56,281 nt of DNA from positions 1 to 56,281 of the IMG/VR virus record IMGVR_UViG_3300036804_000195; one strand, 5' to 3'. Position numbers and translations under genes: made by a program. The notes beneath the pieces were generated by a model, which was not told the DNA's origin, did no database searches, and saw nothing but the letters and a program-made list of their open reading frames with translations. The DNA comes from a virus. Lineage: Duplodnaviria > Caudoviricetes. This document shows positions 52,148 to 56,281 of this stretch, piece after piece (the stretch's first letter is position 1; each line of letters starts with the position of its first letter).

Positions 52148-52444
52148 GTGTACGCGAATCCCTACCCCAAGCCACCCGCCGGCGGCACACCCGCCGAGGT
52201 CACCCGCGCCGCCCGGCAGCTCGCACCGGGCCTCCTGGCCTTCATCGGCGAGCACGACGTCCCCGGCCACGGCCGTGCCCCGGCGCACGGCTGGGTGACG
52301 ATCACCAGCGTCCTCGGCGTCCACGGCTACCCCGGCCTGACGGCCGTCTGCTGGACCGCCGGAACCGCCAGTGGCGTCGCGTTCTACCCGAACCTGTGGC
52401 CGGTGCTGACCCGCGGCGCCGCGACCTTCTGGGCGACCGCATGA
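52148..52444 (+). CDS. Hypothetical protein
   Basis: 98 aa, coupled to the next gene. Confidence 0.55.
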   Translation: MYANPYPKPPAGGTPAEVTRAARQLAPGLLAFIGEHDVPGHGRAPAHGWVTITSVLGVHGYPGLTAVCWTAGTASGVAFYPNLWPVLTRGAATFWATA

Positions 52445-53244
52445 GCGCCGACCGGCAGGACTTCGTGCCCGTGGCGCTGCTGAGGCCGCACCCGGCCAAC
52501 CGGCGCGACCACGGCGACCTGAGCGAGCTGACCGAATCGGTCCGCCGCACCGGGCTGCTGCAGCCGGTCGTCGTCGAGCCCGACCCGCAGCACCCGGGCA
52601 GCTACCTCGTCACCGCCGGAGCCCGGCGCCTCGCCGCAGCGCGCGCCGCCGGGATGGCCGAGGTCCCCGTCACGATCCGCGAGCCCGTCACCCGCGGGCC
52701 GGCCGGGGCGATCGCCACCATGCTGACCGAGAACTGGCAGCGCCTCGACATGGGGCCCGTCGAGAAGGCCGAGAAGCTGGGCCAGCTCCGCGACCTCGGA
52801 TACACGCCCGCGCGGATCGCGGAGATGACCGGGCTGCGGACCTCGACGATCAGCCACTACCTGACGTTCCTCGAGCTGGACCAGCCGACCCGGCAGCGGG
52901 TCCGCGACGGCCTGGTCACCGCGGGCGACGCGGTCGAGGCCGTCCGGCAGGCCCGGGCGATCCGCCGGACCGGCAGCAAAGCCGCGCGGCCGAAAGGCGG
53001 GAAGCCGCGGCCGGTGTCGGTCGACGCGTTCTGGTTCAACTACAAGCACCCGCTCGCCGATGAGGTCCAGGTCATGTGCGAGCTGGCCGGCCACGACCAG
53101 CCGATCGCCCGCGGCCGGTCACACAACGAGAAGTTCGGATGCGGCCGCTGCTGGGAGAAAGCCATCCGCGCCGACGAACGCGAACGCGCCCGGCCGCGAC
53201 AGCCGCCAGCCACCGTCTCCTTCAACCCCGGCGGCCGCGCATGA
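52441..53244 (+). CDS. ParB/RepB/Spo0J family protein
   Basis: LRPHPANRR...ELTESV...GLLQPVVV...AGARRLAAA...ENWQRLDMGPVEKA, then HTH TPARIAEMTGLRTSTISHYL. Confidence 0.9.
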   Translation: MSADRQDFVPVALLRPHPANRRDHGDLSELTESVRRTGLLQPVVVEPDPQHPGSYLVTAGARRLAAARAAGMAEVPVTIREPVTRGPAGAIATMLTENWQRLDMGPVEKAEKLGQLRDLGYTPARIAEMTGLRTSTISHYLTFLELDQPTRQRVRDGLVTAGDAVEAVRQARAIRRTGSKAARPKGGKPRPVSVDAFWFNYKHPLADEVQVMCELAGHDQPIARGRSHNEKFGCGRCWEKAIRADERERARPRQPPATVSFNPGGRA

Positions 53245-53444
53245 GCGGCCAGCAGCGGGACGCGTGCGTGAACTGCGGCGAGCGGTGCGCCGACACCGAC
53301 CTCGGCTGGTGCCACGACAGCACCGGCCTCTACGAATGCCAGGCCCGCGGCGAGCGCGGGATCCTCGCCAACCCGGGCAGGCCGAGCCCGACCCTCAAGG
53401 CCGCGCTCAAGCGGCGCAAGCGCCAGGGAGGCGGAGCCCGGTGA
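53241..53444 (+). CDS. Small Cys-containing protein
   Basis: CVNC...WCH...C; coupled on both sides. Confidence 0.55.
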   Translation: MSGQQRDACVNCGERCADTDLGWCHDSTGLYECQARGERGILANPGRPSPTLKAALKRRKRQGGGAR

Positions 53445-54394
53445 AGCTGCTACTGGACGCCGGCCAGGTCGAGGCCGACCGCAGCCGCTGGCTCGAGGTC
53501 CGCCGCCGCGGCGTGACCGCCTCGGAGATCGCCGCGATCATGGGCGTCCCCGGCGCCTACGGCACCGCCTCGTCGGTCTACTACGAAAAGACCGCCGGGT
53601 ATGAGCAGGACGACAGCCTGTCGATGCGGATCGGCCGCCACTTCGAAGGCCTCGTCGGCGAGATCTTCGCCGAGCAGCACCGCGAACTCGCCGTCGCCGA
53701 CGGCGGCCTGTACGCCGCCGACGGGCAACCGTGGGCAATGGCGACCTTCGACCGGCTCGCCCGCCACCTCTGGCGGCCGCCGGTGCCGGTGCAGATCAAG
53801 ACCTCGGCGACCTACGACGGGTACGGGCCCGACGGCAGCGATGAGGTGCCGCCCCACTACCTCGCGCAGGACCTGTGGGAGATGCACGTCTCCGGCGCGG
53901 CCGAGGTCTGGATGCCGGTGCTGTTCACGAACGGCCGGTCGATCCGCACCTACCGGATCGCGCGCGACGCCGACGCCGACGCCGACATTGCCGTGATGCT
54001 CGCCGAGGCCGAAGCCTTCCTCGAGCGGGTCGCCCGCGCCGAGCCGCCGCCGGTCGACTGGCGGCCGCAGACCACCCGCGCGCTGAAACGCGTGTACGCC
54101 GACGCCGAGGACCGCGACACCGAGATCCCGGACGCGCTGCGCGATGAGCTGCGCGCAGCCAAGGCCGCGCAGAAAGCCGGCGACAAGCGGTGGGGCCAGG
54201 CGGAGAACGAGCTGCGCGCCGCGATGGGCAAAGCGCTGCGCGCCGTCGACAGCCACGGCGACCGGGTCGCCTTCCGGTCCCTTTTCAGCCAGCAGCGCAT
54301 CGACGTCAAGCGGCTGCGCGCCGACTGGCCGGCCGCCGCGGCCGCGTGCGCCAAGTCCAGCCCCGTCGACCGGATCAACCTCACCAGGGAGTGA
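53441..54394 (+). CDS. YqaJ-like viral recombinase exonuclease
   Basis: WLEVRRRGVTASEIAAIMG...GRHFE...ATFDR...QIKT...VPPHYLAQ. Confidence 0.9.
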   Translation: MKLLLDAGQVEADRSRWLEVRRRGVTASEIAAIMGVPGAYGTASSVYYEKTAGYEQDDSLSMRIGRHFEGLVGEIFAEQHRELAVADGGLYAADGQPWAMATFDRLARHLWRPPVPVQIKTSATYDGYGPDGSDEVPPHYLAQDLWEMHVSGAAEVWMPVLFTNGRSIRTYRIARDADADADIAVMLAEAEAFLERVARAEPPPVDWRPQTTRALKRVYADAEDRDTEIPDALRDELRAAKAAQKAGDKRWGQAENELRAAMGKALRAVDSHGDRVAFRSLFSQQRIDVKRLRADWPAAAAACAKSSPVDRINLTRE

Positions 54395-54398
54395 CGCC

Positions 54399-55787
54399 AT
54401 GCCACGACAGAACGTCCGCGACGCCGCCGCACAGCCTGACAAGCAGCCCGGTGCCGTTACCGGCAAGGAGGTCGAGCGCCGGGAACTGCGGGCAATGCTC
54501 CATGATATGCGGCCGGAGTTCGAGAAGCAGCTCCCCCGGCACATCCCCCCCGACTACTTCATGCGGGTCGTGCTGTCCGGGCTGCAGAACAGCGACCAGG
54601 CCGCCGCGCTCGCCAAATGCAACCGGGCGTCGCTGCTGGCTGCGCTGCTCGAGGCGGCCCGGTACGGGCTGATGCCCTTCACCGACGAGGCCACGATCGT
54701 CCCGTTCGGCGACACGGCGACGTTCATCGCCCAGTACCAGGGCCTGGTCCAGATGTTCTACCGGACCGGCCAGGTCGCCAAGGTGACCGCCAAGCTGATC
54801 CACCGCAACGACGAATGGGCCGAGGGATACGGCGACGGCCAGGGTTTCTACCACAAGCCTCGCCGCTTCGACGCGAACGGCGAGGCCGTCGACCGGGGCC
54901 CGGTCATCCTCGCCTACTGCTACGTGACGCTGAAAGACGGGTCGCGGACCGAGGTCGAGATCGTCACCCGCCAGGAAGCCATCGACGTCCGCGACAACCG
55001 GTCCAAGTCCTGGCAGCGGGCCGAGTCGAACGGGAAGCGCAACTCGGCGTGGCACACCGACTTCGACGCGATGTGGCTCAAGACCGCGGTGCGCCGCGAG
55101 GCCAAATGGGCGCCGAAGTCGCCGGAGCTGGTCGAGCTGCTCATGGCCGACGCCAAGGCCGACAGCGCCGACACCCCGAGCCGTGCCGGGGCGCCAGCGG
55201 CCGCGTGGGAAGCCGACATCAACTACGGCACCGTGGTCCAGGGCGAGGTCGTGCACGACGAACCTGAGACTTCCGCTGCACCGGGGATGGCCTCGCAGCG
55301 GACAGAAGCGGCGGCGGGGACGGAGGCCGGACCGGAACCCCCCGCCGCCGCGACCCAAGAGCCCGGAGCGGATGGCCGCGCAAGCGACACTGGGGTCCGC
55401 GCCGGGACGGGAGGTGCAGCCGCAGCAGCAGACCCCGAGGCGGCCGGCCTCGAGGCGGAGCGCGCGGCTGCACCTCCCGACCAGGCCACCGACATCCGCA
55501 ACCGCGACCGGATCGCCGCGGCGCTGACCCGCCGCCTCGAGCGGGCCGGCATGGCAGGCAAAGCAGGCGCGGAGAACAGGCTGCTCGCCCTCGGCGCCCT
55601 CGCCGCCGGCGACGCCGCGCCGCTGCGGCTGGCCGCAGCCGAGGACCTGACACTCAAGCAGGCCCGCGAGGCCACCGACGTGCTCGACCGCATCCAGGCG
55701 ATCGCCGGGCAGGACGGCAGCGACCTCGGCGCCATCCTGGCCGGCATCGCCGACGGCACCGCCCGCCAGCTCAAGGACACCGACTGA
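54399..55787 (+). CDS. recT: RecT-family single-strand annealing protein with long C-terminal extension
   Basis: QLPRHI...LAKCNRASLLAALLEAARYGL...IVPF...YQGLV...SAWHTDFDAMWLKTAVRREAKWAPKS. Confidence 0.9.
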   Translation: MPRQNVRDAAAQPDKQPGAVTGKEVERRELRAMLHDMRPEFEKQLPRHIPPDYFMRVVLSGLQNSDQAAALAKCNRASLLAALLEAARYGLMPFTDEATIVPFGDTATFIAQYQGLVQMFYRTGQVAKVTAKLIHRNDEWAEGYGDGQGFYHKPRRFDANGEAVDRGPVILAYCYVTLKDGSRTEVEIVTRQEAIDVRDNRSKSWQRAESNGKRNSAWHTDFDAMWLKTAVRREAKWAPKSPELVELLMADAKADSADTPSRAGAPAAAWEADINYGTVVQGEVVHDEPETSAAPGMASQRTEAAAGTEAGPEPPAAATQEPGADGRASDTGVRAGTGGAAAAADPEAAGLEAERAAAPPDQATDIRNRDRIAAALTRRLERAGMAGKAGAENRLLALGALAAGDAAPLRLAAAEDLTLKQAREATDVLDRIQAIAGQDGSDLGAILAGIADGTARQLKDTD

Positions 55788-56281
55788 TGCCCCCGGCCCA
55801 GCGGCCCGGCCGGGAGCAGCCCAAACTGTGCGCCTGCGGCGAGACCTTCGTGTTCGGCCGCACCGCCGCCGGAAAGGCCATGCCGCTCAACCCGCTGCCC
55901 GACCCGGCAGGCAACGTCGCCGTCTACCGGGACGCCCACGGCGTCCTGCGCGCCCGCGTCCTGGCGCAGGACGAGCAGCCGCGGCCGCACGAGAAACGCG
56001 CCATGCCGCATTTTGCGACGTGCACCGAGCGGAAGAAAGCCGACGCCAAGCCGGCCGCGCCGAGCGGCAGCGGATGCCCGCTGTGCAGCCGACAGCACGC
56101 CACGTGCCAGTTCGAGGCCGGCGCCACCGGCTGCGTCAACGCCGACTGCGCCAACCCCCACCACCGCAGCGGCTTAGGAGCGGCGAGTGACCAGCAGCGG
56201 CGGCGGCATAACGATCCACCGCAGCCAGCACGCGCAGCAGTACGTCGTGGTGCCCAACGGGATCGCCCGCAACACGCGGCT
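55787..56281 (+). CDS. Zn-binding hypothetical protein (continues through the circular junction; stop at 310-312)
   Basis: TGATG coupling; CACG...GKAMPLNP.PDPAGNV...PHFATC; CPLC...C...C. Confidence 0.7.
   Translation, partial: MPPAQRPGREQPKLCACGETFVFGRTAAGKAMPLNPLPDPAGNVAVYRDAHGVLRARVLAQDEQPRPHEKRAMPHFATCTERKKADAKPAAPSGSGCPLCSRQHATCQFEAGATGCVNADCANPHHRSGLGAASDQQRRRHNDPPQPARAAVRRGAQRDRPQHAA
56039..56281. repeat. Terminal direct repeat, right copy
   Basis: Matches 1-243 with 4 mismatches. Confidence 0.95.

Noticed and set aside
54221-54234. Partial gapped match (GC.AT.GG.AA.GC) to array unit 1 in the YqaJ gene
   Set aside because: Only five consecutive dinucleotides match; similar short matches occur elsewhere, so it is not significant.

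Overview
This window looks like an essentially complete, circularly assembled genome (~56,038 bp unit plus a 243-bp terminal overlap) of a high-GC temperate actinobacterial siphophage. Plus-strand early and replication genes run from about 51.9 kb through the window end and on to 6.5 kb: Cro/Xis-like HTH, ParB, YqaJ exonuclease, RecT, replication initiator and RusA. Minus-strand genes comprise an XRE repressor, a large serine integrase, an accessory region, two HNH genes, a ParB-methyltransferase, terminases, portal, prohead protease, HK97-type capsid, tail genes and a lysis cassette (GH25, permuted NlpC/P60, holin) ending in an S53 peptidase. The standout is a cassette at 4.8-6.55 kb. It contains a stand-alone RAMP/Cas7-like gene, a translationally coupled ParB/Srx-domain gene and a ~360-nt non-coding array of 65 GGY-NN pentamers. 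GAGGA separators split the array into five units and a hairpin closes it. This is the architecture expected of a non-CRISPR RNA-guided system with a gapped dinucleotide code, and it matches my recollection of VIPR-type systems. A near-consensus parS site lies just downstream. All calls come from reading motifs by eye; no database searches were run.
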